DNA from: Eledone cirrhosa
Taxonomy: Eukaryota
DNA: 64,000 nt
Direction: 5' to 3'
NCBI GenBank assembly: GCA_964016885.1
Contig: OZ024741.1
Location: 416,020,001 to 416,084,000 of the forward strand
Positions 1 to 15,100 of this stretch are shown piece after piece. Position 1 is the first letter of the stretch. Each line of letters begins with the position of its first letter. The translations under genes and the position numbers were made by a program. A model generated the notes under the pieces. That model searched no databases and was not told the DNA's origin. It saw only the letters and a program-made list of their open reading frames with translations.

Positions 1-3000
1 GATCTCTGTTATATTAACTGGGGTCTGTTATATTAACTGGGGTCTCTGTTATATTAACTGGGGTCTCTGTTATATTAACTGGGGCCTCTATTATATTAAC
101 TGGGGTCTCTGTAATATTAACTGGGGTCTTGGTTGTATTAACTGGGGCCTCTGTTATATTAACTGGGGTCTCTGTTATATTAACTGGGGTCTCTGTTATA
201 TTAACTGGGGCCTCTGTTATATTAACTGGGGTCTCGGTTATATTAACTGGGGCCTCTGTTATATTAACTGGGGTCTCTGTTATATTAACTGGGGTCTCTG
301 TTATATTAACTGGGGCATCTATTATATTAACTGGGGTCTCTGTTATATTAACTGGGGTATGTTATATTAACTGGGGTCTCTGTTATATTAACTGGGGTCT
401 CTGTTATATTAACTGGGGTCTCTGTTATATTAACTGAGGTCCCTGTTATATTAACTGGGGTATGTTATATTAACTGGGGTCTCTGTTATATTAACTGGGG
501 TCTCTGTTATATTAACTGGGGTCTCTGTTATATTAACTGGGGTCTCTGTTATATTAACTGAGGTCTCTGTTATATTAACTGGGTCTCTGTTATATTAACT
601 GGGGTATGTTATATTAACTGGGGTCTCTGTTATATTAGCTGGGGTCTCTATTATATTAACTGGGGCCTCTGTTATATTAACTGAGGTCTCTGTTATATTA
701 ACTGGGGTCTCTGTTATATTAACTGGGGTATGTTATATTAACTGGGGTATGTTATATTAACTGGGGTCTCTGTTATATTAACTGGGGTCTCTGTTATATT
801 AACTGGGGTCTCTGTTATATTAAATGGTGACTCTGTTATATTAACTGGGGTCTCTGTTATATTAACTGGGGCCTCTGTTATATTAACTGGGGCCTCTGTT
901 ATATTAACTGGGGCCTCTATTATATTAACTGGGGTCTCTGTTATATTAACTGGGGTCTCTGTTATATTAACTGGGGTCTGTTATATTAACTGGGGTCTCT
1001 GTAATATTAACTGGGGTCTTGGTTATATTAACTGGGGCCTCTGTTATATTAACTGGGGTCTCTGTTATATTAACTGGGGTCTCTGTTATATTAACTGGGG
1101 CCTCTGTTATATTAACTGGGGTCTCGGTATATTAACTGGGGCCTCTGTTATATTAACTGGGATCTCCTTTATATTAACTGGGGTCTCTGCTATATTAACT
1201 GGGGCATCTATTATATTAACTGGGGTCTCTGTTATATTAATTGGGGTCTCTGTTATATTAACTGGGGTCTGTTATCTTAACTGGGGTCTCTGTTATATTA
1301 ACTGGGGTCTCTGTTATATTAACTGGGGTCTCTGTTATATTAAATGGTGACTCTGTTATATTAACTGGGGTCTCTGTTATATTAACTGGGGTCTGTTATA
1401 TTAACTGAGATCTCTATTATATTAACTGGGGTATGTTATATTAACTGGGGTCTCTGTTATATTAACTGGGGTCTCTGTTATATTAACTGGGGTCTCTGTA
1501 ATATTAACTGGGGTCTTGGTTATATTAACTGGGGCCTCTGTTATATTAACTGGGGTCTCTGTTATATTAACTGGGGTCTCTGTTATATTAACTGGGGCCT
1601 CTGTTATATTAACTGGGGTCTCGGTTATATTAACTGGGGCCTCTGTAATATTAACTGGGGTCTCCTTTATATTAACTGGGGTCTCTGTTATATTAACTGG
1701 GGCATATATTATATTAACTGGGGTCTCTGTTATATTAATTGGGGTCTCTGTTATATTAACTGGGGTCTGTTATCTTAACTGGGGTCTCTGTTATATTAAC
1801 TGGGGTCTCTGTTATATTGACTGGGGTCTCTGTTATATTAACTGGGATCTCTGTTATATTAACTGGGGCCTCTGTTATATTAACTGGGGTCTCTGTTATA
1901 TTAACTGGGGTCTCTGTTATATTAACTGGGATCTCTGTTATATTAACTGGGGACTCTGTTATATTAACTGGGGTATGTTATATTAACTGGGGTCTCTGTT
2001 ATATTAACTGGGGTCTCTGTTATATTAACTGGGGTCTGTTATATTAACTGAGATCTCTGTTATATTAACTGGGGTCTGTTATATTAACTGGGGTCTCTGT
2101 TATATTAACTGGGGCCTCTATTATATTAACTGGGGTCTCTGTAATATTAACTGGGGTCTTGGTTATATTAACTGGGGCCTCTGTTATATTAACTGGGGTC
2201 TCTGTTATATTATCTTGGGTCTCTGTTATATTAACTGGGGCCTCTGTTATATTAACTGGGGTCTCTGTTATATTAACTGGGGTCTGTTATCTTAACTGGG
2301 GTCTCTGTTATATTAACTGGGGTCTCTGTTATATTAACTGGGGTCTCTGTTATATTAACTGGGGTCTCTGTTATATTAACTGGGATCTCTGTTATATTAA
2401 CTGGGGCCTCTGTTATATTAACTGGGATCTCTATTATATTAACTGGAGTCTGTTATATTAACTGGGGTCTCTGTTATATTAACTGGGGTCTCTGTTATAT
2501 TAACTGGGGTCTGTTATATTAACTGAGATCTCTGTTATATTAACTGGGGTCTGTTATATTAACTGGGGTCTCTGTTATATTAACTGGGGTCTCTGTTATA
2601 TTAACTGGGGCCTCTATTATATTAACTGGGGTCTCTGTAATATTAACTGGGGTCTTGGTTGTATTAACTGGGGCCTCTGTTATATTAACTGGGGTCTCTG
2701 TTATATTAACTGGGGTCTCTGTTATATTAACTGGGGCCTCTGTTATATTAACTGGGGTCTCGCTTATATTAACTGGGGCCTCTGTTATATTAACTGGGGT
2801 CTCTGTTATATTAACTGGGGTCTCTGTTATATTAACTGGGGCATCTATTATATTAACTGGGGTCTCTGTTATATTAACTGGGGTATGTTATATTAACTGG
2901 GGTCTCTGTTATATTAACTGGGGTCTCTGTTATATTAACTGGGGTCTCTGTTATATTAACTGAGGTCCCTGTTATATTAACTGGGGTATGTTATATTAAC

Positions 3001-6000
3001 TGGGGTCTCTGTTATATTAACTGGGGTCTCTGTTATATTAACTGGGGTCTCTGTTATATTAACTGGGGTCTCTGTTATATTAACTGAGGTCTCTGTTATA
3101 TTAACTGGGTCTCTGTTATATTAACTGGGGTATGTTATATTAACTGGGGTCTCTGTTATATTAGCTGGGGTCTCTATTATATTAACTGGGGCCTCTGTTA
3201 TATTAACTGAGGTCTCTGTTATATTAACTGGGGTCTCTGTTATATTAACTGGGGTATGTTATATTAACTGGGGTATGTTATATTAACTGGGGTCTCTGTT
3301 ATATTAACTGGGGTCTCTGTTATATTAACTGGGGTCTCTGTTATATTAAATGGTGACTCTGTTATATTAACTGGGGTCTCTGTTATATTAACTGGGGCCT
3401 CTGTTATATTAACTGGGGCCTCTGTTATATTAACTGGGGCCTCTATTATATTAACTGGGGTCTCTGTTATATTAACTGGGGTCTCTGTTATATTAACTGG
3501 GGTCTGTTATATTAACTGGGGTCTCTGTAATATTAACTGGGGTCTTGGTTATATTAACTGGGGCCTCTGTTATATTAACTGGGGTCTCTGTTATATTAAC
3601 TGGGGTCTCTGTTATATTAACTGGGGCCTCTGTTATATTAACTGGGGTCTCGGTATATTAACTGGGGCCTCTGTTATATTAACTGGGATCTCCTTTATAT
3701 TAACTGGGGTCTCTGCTATATTAACTGGGGCATCTATTATATTAACTGGGGTCTCTGTTATATTAATTGGGGTCTCTGTTATATTAACTGGGGTCTGTTA
3801 TCTTAACTGGGGTCTCTGTTATATTAACTGGGGTCTCTGTTATATTAACTGGGGTCTCTGTTATATTAAATGGTGACTCTGTTATATTAACTGGGGTCTC
3901 TGTTATATTAACTGGGGCCTCTGTTATATTAACTGGGGCCTCTGTTATATTAACTGGGGCCTCTATTATATTAACTGGGGTCTCTGTTATATTAACTGGG
4001 GTCTCTGTTATATTAACTGGGGTCTGTTATATTAACTGTGGTCTCTGTAATATTAACTGGGGTCTTGGTTATATTAACTGGGGTCTCTGTAATATTAACT
4101 GGGGTCTTGGTTATATTAACTGGGGCCTCTGTTATATTAACTGGGGTCTCTGTTATATTAACTGGGGTCTCTGTTATATTAACTGGGGCCTCTGTTATAT
4201 TAACTGGGGCCTCTGTTATATTAACTGGGGCCTCTATTATATTAACTGGGGTCTCTGTTATAGTAACTGGGGTCTGTTATATTAACTGAGATCTCTGTTA
4301 TATTAACTGGGGTATGTTATATTAACTGGGGTCTCTGTTATATTAACTGGGGTCTCTGTTATATTAACTGGGGTCTCTGTAATATTAACTGGGGTCTTGG
4401 TTATATTAACTGGGGCCTCTGTTATATTAACTGGGGTCTCTGTTATATTAACTGGGGTCTCTGTTATATTAACTGGGGCCTCTGTTATATTAACTGGGGT
4501 CTCGGTTATATTAACTGGGGCCTCTGTTATATTAACTGGGGTCTCCTTTATATTAACTGGGGTCTCTGTTATATTAACTGGGGCATATATTATATTAACT
4601 GGGGTCTCTGTTATATTAATTGGGGTCTCTGTTATATTAACTGGGGTCTGTTATCTTAACTGGGGTCTCTGTTATATTAACTGGGGTCTCTGTTATATTA
4701 ACTGGGGTCTCTGTTATATTAACTGGGGTCTCTGTTATATTAACTGGGATCTCTGTTATATTAACTGGGGCCTCTGTTATATTAACTGGGATCTCTATTA
4801 TATTAACTGGGGTCTGTTATATTAACTGGGGTCTCTGTTATATTAACTGGGGTCTCTGTTATATTAACTGGGGTCTGTTATATTAACTGAGATCTCTGTT
4901 ATATTAACTGGGGTCTGTTATATTAACTGGGGTCTCTGTTATATTAACTGGGGTCTCTGTTATATTAACTGGGGCCTCTATTATATTAACTGGGGTCTCT
5001 GTAATATTAACTGGGGTCTTGGTTGTATTAACTGGGGCCTCTGTTATATTAACTGGGGTCTCTGTTATATTAACTGGGGTCTCTGTTATATTAACTGGGG
5101 CCTCTGTTATATTAACTGGGGTCTCGCTTATATTAACTGGGGCCTCTGTTATATTAACTGGGGTCTCTGTTATATTAACTGGGGTCTCTGTTATATTAAC
5201 TGGGGCATCTATTATATTAACTGGGGTCTCTGTTATATTAACTGGGGTATGTTATATTAACTGGGGTCTCTGTTATATTAACTGGGGTCTCTGTTATATT
5301 AACTGGGGTCTCTGTTATATTAACTGAGGTCCCTGTTATATTAACTGGGGTATGTTATATTAACTGGGGTCTCTGTTATATTAACTGGGGTCTCTGTTAT
5401 ATTAACTGGGGTCTCTGTTATATTAACTGGGGTCTCTGTTATATTAACTGAGGTCTCTGTTATATTAACTGGGTCTCTGTTATATTAACTGGGGTATGTT
5501 ATATTAACTGGGGTCTCTGTTATATTAGCTGGGGTCTCTATTATATTAACTGGGGCCTCTGTTATATTAACTGAGGTCTCTGTTATATTAACTGGGGTCT
5601 CTGTTATATTAACTGGGGTATGTTATATTAACTGGGGTATGTTATATTAACTGGGGTCTCTGTTATATTAACTGGGGTCTCTGTTATATTAACTGGGGTC
5701 TCTGTTATATTAAATGGTGACTCTGTTATATTAACTGGGGTCTCTGTTATATTAACTGGGGCCTCTGTTATATTAACTGGGGCCTCTGTTATATTAACTG
5801 GGGCCTCTATTATATTAACTGGGGTCTCTGTTATATTAACTGGGGTCTCTGTTATATTAACTGGGGTCTGTTATATTAACTGGGGTCTCTGTAATATTAA
5901 CTGGGGTCTTGGTTATATTAACTGGGGCCTCTGTTATATTAACTGGGGTCTCTGTTATATTAACTGGGGTCTCTGTTATATTAACTGGGGCCTCTGTTAT

Positions 6001-9000
6001 ATTAACTGGGGTCTCGGTATATTAACTGGGGCCTCTGTTATATTAACTGGGATCTCCTTTATATTAACTGGGGTCTCTGCTATATTAACTGGGGCATCTA
6101 TTATATTAACTGGGGTCTCTGTTATATTAATTGGGGTCTCTGTTATATTAACTGGGGTCTGTTATCTTAACTGGGGTCTCTGTTATATTAACTGGGGTCT
6201 CTGTTATATTAACTGGGGTCTCTGTTATATTAAATGGTGACTCTGTTATATTAACTGGGGCCTCTGTTATATTAACTGGGGTCTCTGTTATATTAACTGG
6301 GGTCTGTTATATTAAATGGGGTCTCGGTTGTATTAACTGGGGCCTCTGTAATATTAACTGGGGTCTCTGTTATATTAACTGGGGTCTCTGTTATATTAAC
6401 TGGGGCATCTATTATATTAACTGGGGTCTCTGTTATATTAATTGGGGTCACTGTTATCTTAACTGGGGTCTTCTATTATATTAACTGGGGTCTCTGTTAT
6501 ATTAACTGGGGCCTCTGTTATATTAACTGGGGCCTCTGTTATATTAACTGGGGCCTCTATTATATTAACTGGGGTCTCTGTTATATTAACTGGGGTCTGT
6601 TATATTAACTGAGATCTCTGTTATATTAACTGGGGTATGTTATATTAACTGGGGTCTCTGTTATATTAACTGGGGTCTCTGTTATATTAACTGGGGTCTC
6701 TGTAATATTAACTGGGGTCTTGGTTATATTAACTGGGGCCTCTGTTATATTAACTGGGGTCTCTGTTATATTAACTGGGGTCTCTGTTATATTAACTGGG
6801 GCCTCTGTTATATTAACTGGGGTCTCGGTTATATTAACTGGGGCCTCTGTAATATTAACTGGGGTCTCCTTTATATTAACTGGGGTCTCTGTTATATTAA
6901 CTGGGGCATATATTATATTAACTGGGGTCTCTGTTATATTAATTGGGGTCTCTGTTATATTAACTGGGGTCTGTTATCTTAACTGGGGTCTCTGTTATAT
7001 TAACTGGGGTCTCTGTTATATTGACTGGGGTCTCTGTTATATTAACTGGGATCTCTGTTATATTAACTGGGGCCTCTGTTATATTAACTGGGGTCTCTGT
7101 TATATTAACTGGGGTCTCTGTTATATTAACTGGGATCTCTGTTATATTAACTGGGGACTCTGTTATATTAACTGGGGTATGTTATATTAACTGGGGTCTC
7201 TGTTATATTAACTGGGGTCTCTGTTATATTAACTGGGGTCTGTTATATTAACTGAGATCTCTGTTATATTAACTGGGGTCTGTTATATTAACTGGGGTCT
7301 CTGTTATATTAACTGGGGCCTCTATTATATTAACTGGGGTATCTGTAATATTAACTGGGGTCTTGGTTATATTAACTGGGGCCTCTGTTATATTAACTGG
7401 GGTCTCTGTTATATTATCTTGGGTCTCTGTTATATTAACTGGGGCCTCTGTTATATTAACTGGGGTCTCTGTTATATTAACTGGGGTCTGTTATCTTAAC
7501 TGGGGTCTCTGTTATATTAACTGGGGTCTCTGTTATATTAACTGGGGTCTCTGTTATATTAACTGGGATCTCTGTTATATTAACTGGGGCCTCTGTTATA
7601 TTAACTGGGATCTCTATTATATTAACTGGGGTCTGTTATATTAACTGGGGTCTCTGTTATATTAACTGGGGTCTCTGTTATATTAACTGGGGTCTGTTAT
7701 ATTAACTGAGATCTCTGTTATATTAACTGGGGTCTGTTATATTAACTGGGGTCTCTGTTATATTAACTGGGGTCTCTGTTATATTAACTGGGGCCTCTAT
7801 TATATTAACTGGGGTCTCTGTAATATTAACTGGGGTCTTGGTTGTATTAACTGGGGCCTCTGTTATATTAACTGGGGTCTCTGTTATATTAACTGGGGTC
7901 TCTGTTATATTAACTGGGGCCTCTGTTATATTAACTGGGGTCTCGGTTATATTAACTGGGGCCTCTGTTATATTAACTGGGGTCTCTGTTATATTAACTG
8001 GGGTCTCTGTTATATTAACTGGGGCATCTATTATATTAACTGGGGTCTCTGTTATATTAACTGGGGTATGTTATATTAACTGGGGTCTCTGTTATATTAA
8101 CTGGGGTCTCTGTTATATTAACTGGGGTCTCTGTTATATTAACTGAGGTCCCTGTTATATTAACTGGGGTATGTTATATTAACTGGGGTCTCTGTTATAT
8201 TAACTGGGGTCTCTGTTATATTAACTGGGGTCTCTGTTATATTAACTGGGGTCTCTGTTATATTAACTAAGGTCTCTGTTATATTAACTGGGTCTCTGTT
8301 ATATTAACTGGGGTATGTTATATTAACTGGGGTCTCTGTTATATTAGCTGGGGTCTCTATTATATTAACTGGGGCCTCTGTTATATTAACTGAGGTCTCT
8401 GTTATATTAACTGGGGTCTCTGTTATATTAACTGGGGTATGTTATATTAACTGGGGTATGTTATATTAACTGGGGTCTCTGTTATATTAACTGGGGTCTC
8501 TGTTATATTAACTGGGGTCTCTGTTATATTAAATGGTGACTCTGTTATATTAACTGGGGTCTCTGTTATATTAACTGGGGCCTCTGTTATATTAACTGGG
8601 GCCTCTGTTATATTAACTGGGGCCTCTATTATATTAACTGGGGTCTCTGTTATATTAACTGGGGTCTCTGTTATATTAACTGGGGTCTGTTATATTAACT
8701 GGGGTCTCTGTAATATTAACTGGGGTCTTGGTTATATTAACTGGGGCCTCTGTTATATTAACTGGGGTCTCTGTTATATTAACTGGGGTCTCTGTTATAT
8801 TAACTGGGGCCTCTGTTATATTAACTGGGGTCTCGGTATATTAACTGGGGCCTCTGTTATATTAACTGGGATCTCCTTTATATTAACTGGGGTCTCTGCT
8901 ATATTAACTGGGGCATCTATTATATTAACTGGGGTCTCTGTTATATTAATTGGGGTCTCTGTTATATTAACTGGGGTCTGTTATCTTAACTGGGGTCTCT

Positions 9001-11900
9001 GTTATATTAACTGGGGTCTCTGTTATATTAACTGGGGTCTCTGTTATATTAAATGGTGACTCTGTTATATTAACTGGGGTCTCTGTTATATTAACTGGGG
9101 CCTCTGTTATATTAACTGGGGCCTCTGTTATATTAACTGGGGCCTCTATTATATTAACTGGGGTCTCTGTTATATTAACTGGGGTCTCTGTTATATTAAC
9201 TGGGGTCTGTTATATTAACTGGGGTCTCTGTAATATTAACTGGGGTCTTGGTTATATTAACTGGGGTCTCTGTAATATTAACTGGGGTCTTGGTTATATT
9301 AACTGGGGCCTCTGTTATATTAACTGGGGTCTCTGTTATATTAACTGGGGTCTCTGTTATATTAACTGGGGCCTCTGTTATATTAACTGGGGCCTCTGTT
9401 ATATTAACTGGGGCCTCTATTATATTAACTGGGGTCTCTGTTATAGTAACTGGGGTCTGTTATATTAACTGAGATCTCTGTTATATTAACTGGGGTATGT
9501 TATATTAACTGGGGTCTCTGTTATATTAACTGGGGTCTCTGTTATATTAACTGGGGTCTCTGTAATATTAACTGGGGTCTTGGTTATATTAACTGGGGCC
9601 TCTGTTATATTAACTGGGGTCTCTGTTATATTAACTGGGGTCTCTGTTATATTAACTGGGGCCTCTGTTATATTAACTGGGGTCTCGGTTATATTAACTG
9701 GGGCCTCTGTTATATTAACTGGGGTCTCCTTTATATTAACTGGGGTCTCTGTTATATTAACTGGGGCATATATTATATTAACTGGGGTCTCTGTTATATT
9801 AATTGGGGTCTCTGTTATATTAACTGGGGTCTGTTATCTTAACTGGGGTCTCTGTTATATTAACTGGGGTCTCTGTTATATTAACTGGGGTCTCTGTTAT
9901 ATTAACTGGGGTCTCTGTTATATTAACTGGGATCTCTGTTATATTAACTGGGGCCTCTGTTATATTAACTGGGATCTCTATTATATTAACTGGGGTCTGT
10001 TATATTAACTGGGGTCTCTGTTATATTAACTGGGGTCTCTGTTATATTAACTGGGGTCTGTTATATTAACTGAGATCTCTGTTATATTAACTGGGGTCTG
10101 TTATATTAACTGGGGTCTCTGTTATATTAACTGGGGTCTCTGTTATATTAACTGGGGCCTCTATTATATTAACTGGGGTCTCTGTAATATTAACTGGGGT
10201 CTTGGTTGTATTAACTGGGGCCTCTGTTATATTAACTGGGGTCTCTGTTATATTAACTGGGGTCTCTGTTATATTAACTGGGGCCTCTGTTATATTAACT
10301 GGGGTCTCGCTTATATTAACTGGGGCCTCTGTTATATTAACTGGGGTCTCTGTTATATTAACTGGGGTCTCTGTTATATTAACTGGGGCATCTATTATAT
10401 TAACTGGGGTCTCTGTTATATTAACTGGGGTATGTTATATTAACTGGGGTCTCTGTTATATTAACTGGGGTCTCTGTTATATTAACTGGGGTCTCTGTTA
10501 TATTAACTGAGGTCCCTGTTATATTAACTGGGGTATGTTATATTAACTGGGGTCTCTGTTATATTAACTGGGGTCTCTGTTATATTAACTGGGGTCTCTG
10601 TTATATTAACTGGGGTCTCTGTTATATTAACTGAGGTCTCTGTTATATTAACTGGGTCTCTGTTATATTAACTGGGGTATGTTATATTAACTGGGGTCTC
10701 TGTTATATTAGCTGGGGTCTCTATTATATTAACTGGGGTCTCTGTTATATTAACTGAGGTCTCTGTTATATTAACTGGGGTCTCTGTTATATTAACTGGG
10801 GTATGTTATATTAACTGGGGTATGTTATATTAACTGGGGTCTCTGTTATATTAACTGGGGTCTCTGTTATATTAACTGGGGTCTCTGTTATATTAAATGG
10901 TGACTCTGTTATATTAACTGGGGTCTCTGTTATATTAACTGGGGCCTCTGTTATATTAACTGGGGCCTCTGTTATATTAACTGGGGCCTCTATTATATTA
11001 ACTGGGGTCTCTGTTATATTAACTGGGGTCTCTGTTATATTAACTGGGGTCTGTTATATTAACTGGGGTCTCTGTAATATTAACTGGGGTCTTGGTTATA
11101 TTAACTGGGGCCTCTGTTATATTAACTGGGGTCTCTGTTATATTAACTGGGGTCTCTGTTATATTAACTGGGGCCTCTGTTATATTAACTGGGGTCTCGG
11201 TATATTAACTGGGGCCTCTGTTATATTAACTGGGATCTCCTTTATATTAACTGGGGTCTCTGCTATATTAACTGGGGCATCTATTATATTAACTGGGGTC
11301 TCTGTTATATTAATTGGGGTCTCTGTTATATTAACTGGGGTCTGTTATCTTAACTGGGGTCTCTGTTATATTAACTGGGGTCTCTGTTATATTAACTGGG
11401 GTCTCTGTTATATTAAATGGTGACTCTGTTATATTAACTGGGGTCTCTGTTATATTAACTGGGGCCTCTGTTATATTAACTGGGGCCTCTGTTATATTAA
11501 CTGGGGCCTCTATTATATTAACTGGGGTCTCTGTTATATTAACTGGGGTCTCTGTTATATTAACTGGGGTCTGTTATATTAACTGGGGTCTCTGTAATAT
11601 TAACTGGGGTCTTGGTTATATTAACTGGGGCCTCTGTTATATTGACTGGGGTCTCTGTTATATTAACTGGGGTCTCTGTTATATTAACTGGGGCCTCTGT
11701 TATATTAACTGGGGTCTCGGTATATTAACTGGGGCCTCTGTTATATTAACTGGGATCTCTGTTATATTAACTGGGGCCTCTGTTATATTAACTGGGATCT
11801 CTATTATATTAACTGGGGTCTGTTATATTAACTGGGGTCTCTGTTATATTAACTGGGGTCTTTTATATTAACTGGGGTCTGTTATATTAACTGGGGTCTG
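1..11900. repeat. Higher-order domain I: five ~2.4-2.8-kb units, including a ~5.2-kb (5,183/5,204 bp) near-tandem duplication
   Basis: The marker TTGGTTGTATT starts at 129, 2655, 5019, 7838 and 10202 (spacings 2526, 2364, 2819, 2364). Paired identical or near-identical ORF-track entries: 1516/6720 and 2159/7363 (+5204); 2655/7838, 4397/9580 and 5019/10202 (+5183, one monomer less). Confidence 0.9.
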
Positions 11901-12199
11901 TTATATTAACTGTGGCCTCTGTTATCTTAACTGTGGTCTCTGTTATATTAACTGGGATCTCTGTTATATTAACTGGGGTCTCTGTTTTATTAACTGGTGT
12001 CTCTTTTATATTAACTGGAATCTCTGTTATATTAACTGGGGTTTCTGTTATATTAACTGGGGCCTCTATTATATTAACTGGGCTCTGTGTTATATTAACT
12101 GGGATCTCTGTTATATTAACTGGGGTCTCTGTTATATTAACTGGGGTCTCTGTTATATTAACTGGGATCTCTGTAATATTAACTGGTGTCTCTGTTATA

Positions 12200-15100
12200 T
12201 TAACTGGGGTCTCTGTTATATTAACTGGGGCCTCTGTTATATTAACTGGGGTCTCTGTTATATTAACTGGGGCCTCTATTATATTAACTGGGGTCTCTGT
12301 TATATTAACTGGGGTCTCTGTTATATTAACTGGGGTCTGTTATATTAACTGAGATCTCTGTTATATTAACTGGGGTCTGTTATATTAACTGGGGTCTCTG
12401 TAATATTAACTGGGGTCTTGGTTATATTAACTGGGGCCTCTGTTATATTAACTGGGGTCTCTGTTATATTAACTTGGGTCTCTGTTATATTAACTGGGGT
12501 CTCTGTTATATTAACTGGGGTCTGTTATATTAAATGGGGTCTCTGTTATATTAACTGGGGCCTGTGTTATATTAACTGGGGTCTCGGTTATATTAACTGG
12601 GGCCTCTGTAATATTAACTGGGGTCTCGGTTATATTAACTGGGGTCTCTGTTATATTAACTGGGGCATCTATTATATTAACTGGGGTCTCTGTTATATTA
12701 ATTGGGGTCACTGTTATATTAACTGGGGTCTGTTATCTTAACTGGGGTCTCTGTTATATTAACTGGGGTCTCTGTTATATTAACTGGGGTCTCTGTTATA
12801 TTAACTGGGGTCTGTTATATTAAATGGGGTCTCTGTTATATTAACTGGGGCCTGTGTTATATTAACTGGGGTCTCGGTTATATTAACTGGGGCCTCTGTA
12901 ATATTAACTGGGGTCTCTGTTATATTAACTGGGGTCTCTGTTATATTAACTGGGGCATCTATTATATTAACTGGGGTCTCTGTTATATTAATTGGGGTCA
13001 CTGTTATATTAACTGGGGTCTGTTATCTTAACTGGGGTCTCTGTTATATTAACTGGGGTCTCTGTTATATTAACTGGGGCCTCTGTTATATTAACTGGGG
13101 CCTCTGTTATATTAACTGGGGCCTCTATTATATTAACTGGGGTCTCTGTTATATTAACTGGGGTCTCTGTTATATTAACTGGGGTCTGTTATATTAACTG
13201 AGATCTCTGTTATATTAACTGGGGTCTGTTATATTAACTGGGGTCTCTGTTATATTAACTGGGGTCTATGTTATATTAACTAGGGCCTCTATTATATTAA
13301 CTGGGGTCTCTGTAATATTAACTGGGGTCTTGGTTATATTAACTGGGGCCTCTGTTATATTAACTGGGGTCTCTGTTATATTAATTGGGGTCTCTGTTAT
13401 ATTAACTGGGGTCTGTTATCTTAACTGGGGTCTCTGTTATATTAACTGGGGTCTCTGTTATATTAACTGGGGTCTCTGTTATATTAACTGGGGTCTCTGT
13501 TATATTAACTGGGGCCTCTGTTATATTAACTGGGATCTCTATTATATTAACTGGGGTCTGTTATATTAACTGGGGTCTCTGTTATATTAACTGGGGTCTC
13601 TGTTATATTAACTGGGGTCTGTTATATTAACTGAGATCTCTGTTATATTAACTGGGGTCTGTTATATTAACTGGGGTCTCTGTTATATTAACTGGGGTCT
13701 CTGTTATATTAACTGGGGCCTCTATTATATTAACTGGGGTCTCTGTAATATTAACTGGGGTCTTGGTTATATTAACTGGGGCCTCTGTTATATTAACTGG
13801 GGTCTCTGTTATATTGACTGGGGTCTCTGTTATATTAACTGGGGCCTCTGTTATATTAACTGGGGTCTCGGTTATATTAACTGGGGCCTCTGTTATATTA
13901 ACTGGGGTCTCTGTTATATTAACTGGGGTCTCTGTTATATTAACTGGGGCATCTATTATATTAACTGGGGTCTCCGTTATATTAATTGGGGTCTCTGTTA
14001 TATTAACTGGGGTCTGTTATCTTAACTGGGGTCTCTGTTATATTAACTGGGGTCTCTGTTATATTAACTGGGGTCTCTGTTATATTAACTGGGGTCTCTC
14101 TTATATTAACTGGGATCTCTGTTATATTAACTGGGGCCTCTGTTATATTAACTGGGATCTCTATTATATTAACTGCGGTCTGTTATATTAACTGGGGTCT
14201 CTGTTATATTAACTGGGGTCTGTTATATTAACTGGGGTCTGTTATATTAACTGGGGTCTGTTATATTAACTGTGGCCTCTGTTATCTTAACTGTGGTCTC
14301 TGTTATATTAACTGGGATCTCTGTTATATTAACTGGGGTCTCTGTTATATTAACTGGTGTCTCTTTTATATTAGCTGGAATCTCTGTTATATTAACTGGG
14401 GTTTCTGTTATATTAACTGGGGCCTCTATTATATTAACTGGGCTCTGTGTTATATTAACTGGGATCTCTGTTATATTAACTGGGGTCTCTGTTATATTAA
14501 CTGGGGTCTCTGTTATATTAACTGGGATCTCTGTAATATTAACTGGTGTCTCTGTTATATTAACTGGGGTCTCTGTTATATTAACTGGGGCCTCTGTTAT
14601 ATTAACTGTGGCCTCTGTTACATGAACTGGGGCCTCTATTATATTAACTGGGGTCTCTGTTATATTAACTGGGGTCTCTGTTATATTAACTGGGGTCTGT
14701 TATATTAACTGAGATCTCTGTTATATTAACTGGGGTCTGTTATATTAACTGGGGTCTCTGTTATATTAACTGGGGCCTCTATTATATTAACTGGGGTCTC
14801 TGTAATATTAACTGGGGTCTTGGTTATATTAACTGGGGCTTCTGTTATATTAACTGGGGTCTCTGTTATATTAACTTGGGTCTCTGTTATATTAACTGGG
14901 GCCTCTGTTATATTACCTGGGGTCTCTGTTATATTAACTGGGTTCTGTTATATTAAATGGGGTCTCTGTTATATTAACTGGGGCCTCTGTTATATTAACT
15001 GGGGTCTCGGTTATATTAACTGGGGCCTCTGTAATATTAACTGGGGTCTCTGTTATATTAACTGGGGTCTCTGTTATATTAACTGGGGCATCTATTATAT

